Shown here: positions 26,550 to 35,119 of the stretch, one piece after another | How the letters are laid out: every line of letters begins with the position of its first letter | Numbering within the stretch: the stretch's first letter is position 1 | Origin: Candidatus Aminicenantes bacterium | GTDB lineage: Bacteria; Acidobacteriota; Aminicenantia; Aminicenantales; UBA4085 | Assembly: GCA_016931595.1 (NCBI GenBank) | Contig: JAFGEN010000136.1 | Span: 1 to 56,238, forward strand | DNA length: 56,238 nucleotides | Direction of reading: 5' to 3' | Made by a program: the position numbers and the translations under genes | Notes under the pieces: generated by a model | What the model was told of the DNA's origin: nothing | What the model saw: the letters and a program-made list of their open reading frames with translations, nothing else | The model's database searches: none

Positions 26550-28112
26550 TCAGGACGTCAGGGCGTTCAAGGCCACGGCAACGATGGTGACATCATCGGG
26601 AGGGGGGGTGCCTCCGGCAAACACGCGGACGGCTTCCCGCATCCCCTCGACCATTTTTTGCGGGCTCGTTCCGAGACCGGAGTCGAGCGTCCGATTGATT
26701 CGGGATTCGGTGAATAGCTCCAGAGAGGCGTTGGTTGCCTCCGAAACGCCGTCTGAGAACAAAAAGACGGCTTCCCCCGGACGGAGGCGGCCGGTGGTTG
26801 TCGAGTAGCCGCATCCTTCCAGGATTCCGAGGAACGTCCCCGTCGGCCCGGGCAGCGTCCTGTAGAGTCCTGATCCATCCGAGACGAATGGGGGGGGGTG
26901 TCCGCCGTCCGCGTAGGCGATTTCCCCGGTCCGGAGGTTCAGGACCAGGAAAAAAACGGTCACGAACATCATCATCTCGTTATCCGGTATAAGGGCGGCG
27001 TTCAGGCGCCTTAAGACCTCTCCCGGGGAATGGCCGCGCATCGCCTCCGTCTTGAGAAGCGTTTTACAGATGGCCATGAACAGGGCGGCCGGAACTCCCT
27101 TGCCGGAAACGTCGCCGATGGCCACGCCGACGCGGTCGTCGTCGATGAGAAAAAAATCGTAAAAATCACCCCCGACCTCCTTGGCCGGCTCCATGAGGGC
27201 GAAAATCTCGAACTCCGGCCGGTTCGGGAACGGCGGGAAAACCCGGGGAAGCATCGCCGCCTGAATATCCCGGGCGATCCGCAACTCGCTTTGGATTCGC
27301 TCCTTGGCCTCCGTCTCAGCCTTGAGGTTTTCGATGAATCGCTGAACGCAAAGATGGACGATCTTGAAGGCCATGTCGGAGTCGCGGCTGAACAGGCGGG
27401 TGACCTCCTCCTTGTCGATCGAATAGACGACGCAATTCTCCTCGCAGAGGGCGGATGCGGTCCGGATGTGGAAGGGGGACAGAAGCCCCATTTCTCCGAT
27501 GACATCGCCGGTCCGGACGATCTTTTCGATTTCAGGAAGCCGGATCGAACCGGAGGCGATGTAGAACATTTTTCCGGCCGGGTCGCCCTTCTGGAAAAGG
27601 ACGCTTCCTTTCGCGTGGGTTTCCCTGGTCATTGTTTCGAGGGGAAATCCCGATTCGGACATCCCCTCCGCCGTCGGCCGGATGCGGGCGGCCGGGCCGC
27701 CGGGCCGGGGAACAAACACCAGGGTCAGGATGTTTTTCCCGCCTTCCCGCCGCCAAATCGTTTCCTCGGTCAGCTGGTCGATGAAATAAATTCCCAGGCC
27801 TCCGACCTTGCGCTCCTCGAGCCCGGACCGAAGGTCCGGAGCGGCCTTCGAACGGGGATCGAAGGGAACACCCCTGTCCTCGATGTCGATTTCGACCCGA
27901 CCGGCGACGGTCCCTGTGCGCCATCGGACCTCGATTTCCCCGGATGCTTGGGGGTAGGCGTGGTGAATGATATTGACGACGGCTTCCTCGACGGCCAGCT
28001 GGATTTCCTTGATTTGGAGCGGGGAAAAGCCGTCTTCACGGCCTCGGACCTCAACGAAATCGAGGTACTGTTCCAGGTATTCGAGACGGGCGGGCAAACG
28101 CAGCGGAAGCAT
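26550..28112 (-). CDS. Fusion protein: RsbW/SpoIIAB-like serine kinase (HATPase_c_2), cyclic-nucleotide-binding domain, and PP2C/SpoIIE phosphatase
   Basis: Kinase N-box (EEAVVNIIHHAY) and G-boxes (DRGVPFDP, GGLGIYFI). cNMP phosphate-binding cassette (GDVIGEMGLL...RTASA). SpoIIE motifs (EVGGDFYDF, GDVSGKGVPAALFMA, DGGH, FSDGVSE). ATG at 28112 is preceded by GGAGG. Confidence 0.85.
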   Translation of the reverse strand: MLPLRLPARLEYLEQYLDFVEVRGREDGFSPLQIKEIQLAVEEAVVNIIHHAYPQASGEIEVRWRTGTVAGRVEIDIEDRGVPFDPRSKAAPDLRSGLEERKVGGLGIYFIDQLTEETIWRREGGKNILTLVFVPRPGGPAARIRPTAEGMSESGFPLETMTRETHAKGSVLFQKGDPAGKMFYIASGSIRLPEIEKIVRTGDVIGEMGLLSPFHIRTASALCEENCVVYSIDKEEVTRLFSRDSDMAFKIVHLCVQRFIENLKAETEAKERIQSELRIARDIQAAMLPRVFPPFPNRPEFEIFALMEPAKEVGGDFYDFFLIDDDRVGVAIGDVSGKGVPAALFMAICKTLLKTEAMRGHSPGEVLRRLNAALIPDNEMMMFVTVFFLVLNLRTGEIAYADGGHPPPFVSDGSGLYRTLPGPTGTFLGILEGCGYSTTTGRLRPGEAVFLFSDGVSEATNASLELFTESRINRTLDSGLGTSPQKMVEGMREAVRVFAGGTPPPDDVTIVAVALNALTS

Positions 28113-28137
28113 CGGTGCCTCCCCTGTTTTCGGAGAC

Positions 28138-28470
28138 TCAGAACCGGCCGTGGGCCGACTCGACCGAATCCTCGACGGCAAAGACTGAGCCGAACCCGGA
28201 AATGGTGAACACTTCCTTGACGACATCCTTGACGCAGGCGATGACAACCTTGCCTTTCTTCGCCGAGAGCTTCTTGCCAAGGATCAGGAGGCTTCGGAGG
28301 CCGGCACTGCTGATGTACTCCAGCCCGGTGAAGTTCAAGATGAAATTCGCCTCCCCGGCGGACAACCACTCGTCGCATTTGCGGTCGAATTCCTGCGAGG
28401 AGACGGCGTCCATCCGGCCTTCCACGGCGACCACAAGACGCCCATTTTCGTTTTTTCCTTCGATTTTCAT
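28138..28470 (-). CDS. STAS-domain anti-sigma-factor antagonist
   Basis: 110 aa with a SpoIIAA/RsbV-like core (LNFTGLEYISSAGLRSLL) carrying a phosphorylatable Ser at the conserved position. It lies 25 nt upstream of the kinase-phosphatase fusion. Confidence 0.85.
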   Translation of the reverse strand: MKIEGKNENGRLVVAVEGRMDAVSSQEFDRKCDEWLSAGEANFILNFTGLEYISSAGLRSLLILGKKLSAKKGKVVIACVKDVVKEVFTISGFGSVFAVEDSVESAHGRF

Positions 28471-28538
28471 GTCCCTTCCTCGGGCCGAGATTATCGGGCG
28501 GCCGCGGATGTCCGTGCCCGGGCCGTCCCGCACGGATT

Positions 28539-30134
28539 CTATCTTCGGTTGGCGTCTTGTGTCAACATGACGTCCGCCGTCCTGATGCCTTTGCTGATGA
28601 GCCCCGTCCCCAGCGCCCTCTCCAGGTTGGCCAGCGAGAGCCGGTAGTCGATCATGGCTTTGAGTTCGGCGCTCTTGGCCCCGGCCAGGTCGCGTTGCTG
28701 CCAGAGAAACAGATAATTTGTCGTCAGCCCAACCTTGAGTTTTTTCTCCTCGGCTGCCAGCTTCCTTTCGGAGAGCTCCCGAGCTGCCCGGTAGGCCTGG
28801 ACCCGCCGATAGTCGGTTTCGAGCGTTTTCACCGCGCTCCGGATCTCCAGGAAAATCTGCTGCCGGGCATTCTCGACCTGGAGAAGGGCCTTATCGTAAC
28901 TCAGCCGGGCGGCGGCAAAATGCTCTTTAGTCAAATAGTTCGCCAAGGGGATGCTGAGGCTCAATCCGATCGAATAATTCTTGTAAAGGAAGCGGAACGC
29001 GTCGCGCAGCGACTCCGAGGCCCCCCCCGGAATCACCCCGGTGACAATGCCGCTAAGCGCGTTTCCGTCCTGATAGAGGATCTGGGTTCCAGACACTCCC
29101 GGGCTCCAATATTGCACGGACAGGCGCAGGTCGGGCAGGAGTTGATTGCGGGCATAATCATATTGGAGGGACTGGTTGGCCAGGTTCAACCGGTAGATCG
29201 CCAAATCCGGCCGGTGAGCCAGGGCCAGGGAGAGGCATTCCTCGAGAACCACGGCCCGGGCCTCGGCCGCCGGTTTTTCCAGGGGGATCACCCGGCCGAC
29301 CTTGAGGGCGCCCTCCCCCGCAGGGAAGTTGATGAGGGTGAGAAGACGGTCCTGCAGGAGAGACACCTGGTTTTCAGCGGCCAGGATGTCGGCCTCCCTG
29401 GTCGCCACTTCGGCCTCGGCGTTGAGGATCTCGATCGGGGCGATCGTTCCGACTTCGACTTCCCGGCGGTTCTTCGTCAGCAGATCCCGGGCCAGGTCGA
29501 GCGACTGGCGGTGGACATTGAGGGATTCAACGGCAAAGACCAGGCTCCAGTAAGCTGATTCGACCCGGTAGACCAGGTCGAGGAGGACGGATTCAAATTG
29601 AGTTTCTGAAATCTGGAGGTTGTTCCGGGCGATGACGATGCTCCGGCGGTTGAGCTCCAGGCCGAAGCCCCTGAGCAGGGGCTGGGAAAACGAGAACGAC
29701 AGGGTGCTGCCGAAGCGCGGGTTGATCGTCTGGAAGCTCCGATTGCTCTCGCTCCTGTAGGAAGAGACGGATGCGCTCAATTGCCCGCCCGTCGGCAACG
29801 GCTGGGTGATCGAAGCCGCATAGTTCTTGTCCAGGGAGGAAACGACGGCGGCCGCCTCGATATAGGAATAGGAGGCGGAGCTCGTATCCGCCGAACTGAA
29901 GCCGAAGCTGAGCGCAGGGACGAATTTCTCCTTGGCGAACCGATAGTTCATTTCGCTGAGCCGGGGATTGATCACTTCCACGGCCACCCCGAGGTTGTGT
30001 TTCAGGGCGGCCAGGATGCAGGAATCCAGGGTCATCGGAAGGTCCCTTTCCTGGCCGGCAATGGCGCCGGCTCGGGCCAGAGCCAGGATGATCCCGGCGG
30101 TCAAAACGAAACGTACGGCTGTTTGGAGCTTCAT
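28539..30134 (-). CDS. TolC-family outer membrane efflux protein
   Basis: Signal peptide (MKLQTAVRFVLTAGIILALARA), two-fold repeat of coiled-coil and beta segments, and a typical N-terminus (LTLDSCILAALKHNLGV). GGAGG RBS. Confidence 0.85.
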   Translation of the reverse strand: MKLQTAVRFVLTAGIILALARAGAIAGQERDLPMTLDSCILAALKHNLGVAVEVINPRLSEMNYRFAKEKFVPALSFGFSSADTSSASYSYIEAAAVVSSLDKNYAASITQPLPTGGQLSASVSSYRSESNRSFQTINPRFGSTLSFSFSQPLLRGFGLELNRRSIVIARNNLQISETQFESVLLDLVYRVESAYWSLVFAVESLNVHRQSLDLARDLLTKNRREVEVGTIAPIEILNAEAEVATREADILAAENQVSLLQDRLLTLINFPAGEGALKVGRVIPLEKPAAEARAVVLEECLSLALAHRPDLAIYRLNLANQSLQYDYARNQLLPDLRLSVQYWSPGVSGTQILYQDGNALSGIVTGVIPGGASESLRDAFRFLYKNYSIGLSLSIPLANYLTKEHFAAARLSYDKALLQVENARQQIFLEIRSAVKTLETDYRRVQAYRAARELSERKLAAEEKKLKVGLTTNYLFLWQQRDLAGAKSAELKAMIDYRLSLANLERALGTGLISKGIRTADVMLTQDANRR

Positions 30135-30166
30135 GCCAAGCCTTCCTCCCAGGCCCCCGGAGGATG

Positions 30167-31429
30167 TCACTTGAGGATGATTTTCGGGGCCTTTTCGAAT
30201 CGATCATAGGATGAAACGATCACCCGGTCCCCGGACTTCAGGCCGTCGAGAATCTCGACGGCTTCGGCATTGCGCCGTCCGGTCCGGATCGGGGTTCGGA
30301 CGGCAGAGCGGCCCTCCGGATCGAGCCGGAAGACCCAGGTTCCGTCTGTGGTTTTGAGGTATTCGCCGGTCTCGAGGGTGAGGACATCCGCTTGTTCGCC
30401 CAGGTCGAGCTCGACATGCAGCGTCTGACCCCGCTTGATCGTTCGAGGACGCTCGCCCATGAATTCGAACTCGGCCTCGAACCGGCCGTTCTTGACCTCC
30501 GGAAAGATTTTTTTCAAGACCAGCTGGTACCGGCTGCCGTCCAGGTCGAAGGTCCCGTTTTCCCGAACCGCCACCCGACCCATCATGGCTTCCTCGATGA
30601 ACGCCGTGGCCTTGAAACCCTGGAAGGAATCGATCTGGCCCAGGCGTTCGCCGGCGCCCTTGGATTGGCCCAGCTCGGCCGAAAGCGAGGTGATTTGACC
30701 TGGAACCGAGGCTTTCACCGTCAGGTTGTCCAGGCGGCGGCGGGCGGCTTCCAGGTTCGTCTCGAGCCGGCGGAGTCCTTCCTCAGCGTCCTGGAGTTGG
30801 CCGTTGCGCAGGGCCAGGTCGCTTTTCTGGCTCTTTTCGATCAGTTCCTTCCGCTTGCGGAGGTATTCAAACTGGTCGCGGGCTTTCTCGAATTCGTGCT
30901 TGGAGATCAGATTGTCCTTGTCCAGCTCCTGGTATCGTTCGTAGAGTTTTTTCTGCTGCTGGAGGTCGTTGTCGATATCCGACAGTTGCTGGGTGAGCTG
31001 GAGCTTGTATTGGTCCAGGGCGAGACGGGTGTTGCGGATGGCGTTGGCTTGCTGGAGGACCTCGGCTTCCCGGGACATGATCTCCATCTCCAGGGAGGGG
31101 TTGTCCAGCAGAAGGATGGGATCGCCCTCTTTGACCACGGAACCGACATCGACATATTTCTTTTCGACCCTCCCGGCTTCCAGGGAATCCAGGTAGACAG
31201 TCTGGAGCGGCTGGATCGTCGCCTCGACCGAAAGCCTGTCGCGGAACGTTCCCACTTGAACTTGGCCGATCGCAACCTGGGTTGATTCCAGAGTCGGGAT
31301 TTCCGAAGGCCGAAACATGCGCTGAAACACCGCGACGGCCAGCAGGACGATCAAGACGGCGATCAGTCCGAGTTCGACGATCTTGAGTGCCCGCCACTGA
31401 TGTTTGGGGACAATCGGCGTCTCCGGCAT
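30167..31429 (-). CDS. HlyD/MFP-family periplasmic adaptor subunit
   Basis: N-terminal TM helix, lipoyl-like hairpin (GRVEKKYVDVGSVVKEGDPILLLD), a long coiled coil and a beta-barrel C-terminus. ATG at 31429 has GGAGA upstream. The alternative TTG at 31450 would overlap the upstream stop. Confidence 0.8.
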   Translation of the reverse strand: MPETPIVPKHQWRALKIVELGLIAVLIVLLAVAVFQRMFRPSEIPTLESTQVAIGQVQVGTFRDRLSVEATIQPLQTVYLDSLEAGRVEKKYVDVGSVVKEGDPILLLDNPSLEMEIMSREAEVLQQANAIRNTRLALDQYKLQLTQQLSDIDNDLQQQKKLYERYQELDKDNLISKHEFEKARDQFEYLRKRKELIEKSQKSDLALRNGQLQDAEEGLRRLETNLEAARRRLDNLTVKASVPGQITSLSAELGQSKGAGERLGQIDSFQGFKATAFIEEAMMGRVAVRENGTFDLDGSRYQLVLKKIFPEVKNGRFEAEFEFMGERPRTIKRGQTLHVELDLGEQADVLTLETGEYLKTTDGTWVFRLDPEGRSAVRTPIRTGRRNAEAVEILDGLKSGDRVIVSSYDRFEKAPKIILK

Positions 31430-31446
31430 TTGTTCATTTCTCCGGG

Positions 31447-32847
31447 TCAAGTCAGTTCGAATTCATCTCCGTATCGAGGAACGACCGTCTTCCAGCCGTC
31501 TTTTTTCAGCTCTTCAGCAAGGCTGAGGGATGCACCCTCTTCTCCGTGGCAGAGGAAGAGCCGGCGGGGACGACGCTCGAAACCCCGAAGCCACCGCAGA
31601 AGCTCGTTCTTCCCGGCATGGGCGGAAAAGCCCCCGATCCGGACGATCCTGGCTCGGACCGGCAACGTTTCGCCCAGAATCCGAACTTCCTGTGCTCCGT
31701 CGAGGATGGTCCGGCCCAGGGTTCCCTGGGCTTGGAATCCGACAAACAGCACGGTTGTTTCCGGCCGGCCGATGGTCTGCTTCAAATGGTGCTTGATCCG
31801 GCCTCCGGTGACCATGCCCGACCCGGCCAGAATAACAGCCGGCCCGGCGACGGCGTTGATGGCTTTCGAGTCCGCGGCCGTCGGGGTCGGGCGAAGTCCG
31901 GGAAATTCGAACAGACGATGTCCCGACCGCAGGATCTTCCCGGCTTCCTCGTCCATGTAGGATGGATACCGGGTGAACACCTGGGTGACCTCGACGGCCA
32001 TCGGGCTGTCGAGAAACACCGGGATGTTCGGAATCCGTCCGGCCCGCCGCAGGATTCCGAGGATATAGAGGAGTTCCTGGGCCCGCTCCATGGCGAAAAC
32101 GGGAACGACGACCTTCCCTCCCCGTCCGGCGGTTTCTCCGATGATCCGGGCCAGGATCTCATCGACCGGGGCTTCGTCGTCGTGCTCCCTGTCGCCGTAG
32201 GTCGATTCCATGACGAGATAGTCGGTCCCGATGTGTCGAGCGGGGTCGCGGACCAGTGGGTTGTCGTACCGTCCGATGTCCCCGGAGAAGAGAATGCGGC
32301 GAACGTCAGACCCCTCCCCTGCTTCCACCTCGATCATGGCCGAGCCGAGAATATGACCGGCGTCGTGGAAGGTGACGGACGTCCGCCGGCCGACGGCGAT
32401 GCGTTTGCCATAAGCCACGGGCTCGAACAGAGGCAGCGATTCCTCGGCGTCGGCGATGGTGTAGAGCGGAATTTCCGGATGAGGCCCGGTGCGGCCCTCC
32501 TTGGCGTGCCGCTTTTTCTTAAAGGCCGCGTCCTCCTCCTGGATATGGGCGGAATCAAGGAGGATGATCCGGGCCAGCTCGACGGTGGGTGCCGTGGCCA
32601 GGATCCTGCCCTTGAAGCCGTCGGCCGCCAGACGCGGGATGTAGCCGCAATGGTCAAGATGGGCATGAGTCAGGAGAACGGCTTCGATGTCCCCCGGAGG
32701 GACCGGGAAGCGGTCCCAGTTTCGATGGAGGAGCGCCCGTTCCTGGTAGAGACCGCAATCGACCAAGAGAAGCCGGTCATCCGTTTCCAGGAGGAATTTA
32801 GAGCCCGTGACCTGCCGTGAGGCACCGAGGAATCGGATGTTCATCAT
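31447..32847 (-). CDS. Beta-CASP family metallo-beta-lactamase-fold ribonuclease
   Basis: HxHxDH motif (LTHAHLDHCG), ESTYGDREH, and C-terminal GFSAHAG...LCHGE. The start is at MMNIRFLG (32847). The 667-aa track ORF is an artefactual N-terminal extension. Confidence 0.85.
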   Translation of the reverse strand: MMNIRFLGASRQVTGSKFLLETDDRLLLVDCGLYQERALLHRNWDRFPVPPGDIEAVLLTHAHLDHCGYIPRLAADGFKGRILATAPTVELARIILLDSAHIQEEDAAFKKKRHAKEGRTGPHPEIPLYTIADAEESLPLFEPVAYGKRIAVGRRTSVTFHDAGHILGSAMIEVEAGEGSDVRRILFSGDIGRYDNPLVRDPARHIGTDYLVMESTYGDREHDDEAPVDEILARIIGETAGRGGKVVVPVFAMERAQELLYILGILRRAGRIPNIPVFLDSPMAVEVTQVFTRYPSYMDEEAGKILRSGHRLFEFPGLRPTPTAADSKAINAVAGPAVILAGSGMVTGGRIKHHLKQTIGRPETTVLFVGFQAQGTLGRTILDGAQEVRILGETLPVRARIVRIGGFSAHAGKNELLRWLRGFERRPRRLFLCHGEEGASLSLAEELKKDGWKTVVPRYGDEFELT

Positions 32848-32861
32848 GATGGACCTCAGCC

Positions 32862-33377
32862 TCACCGGGGACAAATCGAAGGATGTTTCTGGAGCGCGTC
32901 GTCCCAGCTTTTCAGCCGGGGGAAATACATGAAAAACAGGAACAGGGAAACGAAAAGGAGGATGTAGAAGTCGCGGTTGTATCCGGCCAGGAAGAATAAG
33001 GCCAGGCCGAGGAGAGCCGGCGTTTCGGCCAGGACCAGAACCACCGCGTTCATGCGGGACAGAACGGCCAGGGCGGCGTTCGGTTCGGCGGCCTCGGCCG
33101 CTTTCCTTGCCATCCGGTAGTGAACGAACCGAAGGATCAAGACGCAGACGACAGCCAGGCCGAAGACGGCATAACGGAGCACGGGTCGGGACCCCTCCGG
33201 GAGGGATTCGGATAAGACGCCGAGAAACGGGCGGAACCTGGACCGGACGAATTCCACCAAGGCAAGATAGAAGGCCAAGCCGGCGATCATCCCGGCCCCG
33301 ATGATCAAGGCGGTCCGGAAGGCGCGGCGGTAATCGGCGAGAAAATCGGGTGCGTTCAACCGGTTTAGAACGGTCAT
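32862..33377 (-). CDS. Hypothetical small membrane protein (about 4 TM helices)
   Basis: ATG start, four hydrophobic segments, and only 14 nt upstream of the beta-CASP gene on the same strand. No motif recognised. Confidence 0.5.
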   Translation of the reverse strand: MTVLNRLNAPDFLADYRRAFRTALIIGAGMIAGLAFYLALVEFVRSRFRPFLGVLSESLPEGSRPVLRYAVFGLAVVCVLILRFVHYRMARKAAEAAEPNAALAVLSRMNAVVLVLAETPALLGLALFFLAGYNRDFYILLFVSLFLFFMYFPRLKSWDDALQKHPSICPR

Positions 33378-33489
33378 TTCGGTCCTCTCTTTCCGGGCCG
33401 GGACGGCGGGATTTCCGTCCAGGTAGGGTCCATTTTATCACAAAACTCAAGGCCTGGGACGCGGATTTAACCGCGCCGCGGGCCGGGTC

Positions 33490-34656
33490 TCAATCGACGT
33501 GAAGGAGCAAGCCTTTGAGATAGTCTCCTTCCGGGTGGAACATGTTGACCGGATGGTCGGGAGACTGCCGATGGCGTCCGCAAATGCGGACGCGGCGGCC
33601 GGCCTCCCCCGCGGCTTGGAAAATGACCTGGCGAAAGAGCTTTTCGTCCACGAAATACGAACAGGAGAACGTCAGGACCAGTGAAGCCGGAGGGCAGCCC
33701 TTGAAGACGATCCGGTGAAGATCCTTGTATCCGCGGCAGGCGGCGATCACCTCGCCCTTGCGCTTGGCGAAGGCGGGAGGGTCAAGGATGAAGAAGTCGT
33801 AATCCAAAGGATGGTTGCGGAGGACGTCGAAAGCGTCGCCGGTGATCAGGGCGTTCTTTGACCGGTCAAGTCCGTTGAGGGTCATGTTTCTGCCGGCCAG
33901 TTCGACGGCCGGGGCGGACGCATCGAGACTGGCCGCGGAAACCGCCCCTCCGGCCAGGGCGGCGACGGAGAATCCTCCGGTATAGCAAAAGGCGTTGAGC
34001 ACATTCCGGCCGCGGGCCAGCTCGCGGACCATTTCACGGTTGGACCGCTGGTCGAGGTAGAATCCGGTTTTCTGGGAGGCGGCCGGACGAACAATGAAGC
34101 GGAGGTCCTTCTCCCGGATGACGATCTCTTCGACCGGCCGCCCGCGCAGAAGGCCGTCAAACGGCGGCAAGCCTTCCTCTTTGCGAGAAGGCAGGTTCGA
34201 TTTTTCCCAGATCGTTTCGGCTCCGACCTCCCTCTCCAGAATCTCCAGGATCAGCGGTTTGAGGCGCTCTGTTCCCAGGGTTGAGACCTGGATGACAAGG
34301 ACGGGGCCGTACCGGTCGACGATCAGACCGGGAATCCCGTCGCCTTCTCCGTTGACCAGCCGGTATGCGTCGGTCGAATCGCCGAGCAGCCGGGACCGAA
34401 GGGCTGCCGCCCGGATGATATTCTCGGCCAGAGCGTTTTCCGGAGGCGATTCATCGAAGGTCAGCATTCGGCCGAGGATCGAGGAGCGCCGGTTGAAGTA
34501 TCCAAACCCGAGAAATCCGCCCCCGGCGTCCCGAACGGCCAGGATATCCCCGTCCTCGAATTCGGGCAGCCGGGCGACCGCCCCGGAAAAAATCCAGTGA
34601 TGGCGGTTTCTGACGGCCTTGTCCTTGCCGGGCCGGAGTACAACCGATGGAATCAT
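33490..34656 (-). CDS. RlmI-like class I SAM-dependent rRNA (cytosine-C5) methyltransferase with PUA-like N-terminus
   Basis: LVIQVSTLG, SAM-binding NAFCYTGGFSVAA and ILDPPAFAK motifs. The length of 388 aa fits. The ATG overlaps the upstream Nudix stop (ATGA). Confidence 0.78.
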   Translation of the reverse strand: MIPSVVLRPGKDKAVRNRHHWIFSGAVARLPEFEDGDILAVRDAGGGFLGFGYFNRRSSILGRMLTFDESPPENALAENIIRAAALRSRLLGDSTDAYRLVNGEGDGIPGLIVDRYGPVLVIQVSTLGTERLKPLILEILEREVGAETIWEKSNLPSRKEEGLPPFDGLLRGRPVEEIVIREKDLRFIVRPAASQKTGFYLDQRSNREMVRELARGRNVLNAFCYTGGFSVAALAGGAVSAASLDASAPAVELAGRNMTLNGLDRSKNALITGDAFDVLRNHPLDYDFFILDPPAFAKRKGEVIAACRGYKDLHRIVFKGCPPASLVLTFSCSYFVDEKLFRQVIFQAAGEAGRRVRICGRHRQSPDHPVNMFHPEGDYLKGLLLHVD

Positions 34657-35051
34657 TGGCGCCCCCCCCCGCTTCGAAGAAGGGCGACAAACGGCCGGTC
34701 GGCCGGGGCGAATGAGAATCGGTCGAGATCGGACGGTTCGACCCAGCGGGCTTCGGCATGCTCTCGAAGGATGAACGCGCAGGATGAGCGAAGGCCGGCG
34801 GAAAAAACGATCAGTTCGATCCCCATGGACGCATCGCCGGACCGGGACGACCCCAGACGTTCTCCGACCTGGATGTCCAAACCCAGCTCTTCATCGATTT
34901 CCCTTCGAAGCCCTTCCTCGAGCGTTTCCCCCGTCTCTGTTTTTCCCCCGGGGAACTCCCACAAGCCGCCGTACAATCCGCCTTCGCGGCGCCGGCAGAT
35001 GAGGATTCGTCCAGCGTCCCAAATCACCGCGGCGGTCACCTCGATCCTCAT
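34653..35051 (-). CDS. Nudix hydrolase (MutT-like nucleoside triphosphate pyrophosphohydrolase)
   Basis: Nudix box GGLWEFPGGKTETGETLEEGLRREIDEELG. The protein is 132 aa. Confidence 0.82.
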   Translation of the reverse strand: MRIEVTAAVIWDAGRILICRRREGGLYGGLWEFPGGKTETGETLEEGLRREIDEELGLDIQVGERLGSSRSGDASMGIELIVFSAGLRSSCAFILREHAEARWVEPSDLDRFSFAPADRPFVALLRSGGGRQ

Positions 35052-35119
35052 CGCCCGGCCATCTTACCGATTCAATCCCGGTTTGGCAAGGAGGCGGAAG
35101 GAGCGTATCATGGGCGGGA

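Noticed and set aside
31447-33450. 667-aa version of the beta-CASP ORF and 529-aa version of the OMP ORF (36553-38142), each with a long N-terminal extension.
   Set aside because: The extensions are Arg/Pro/Ser-rich and overlap neighbouring real genes. Internal ATGs at 32847 and 37419 give proteins that start exactly at the conserved N-terminus or signal peptide.
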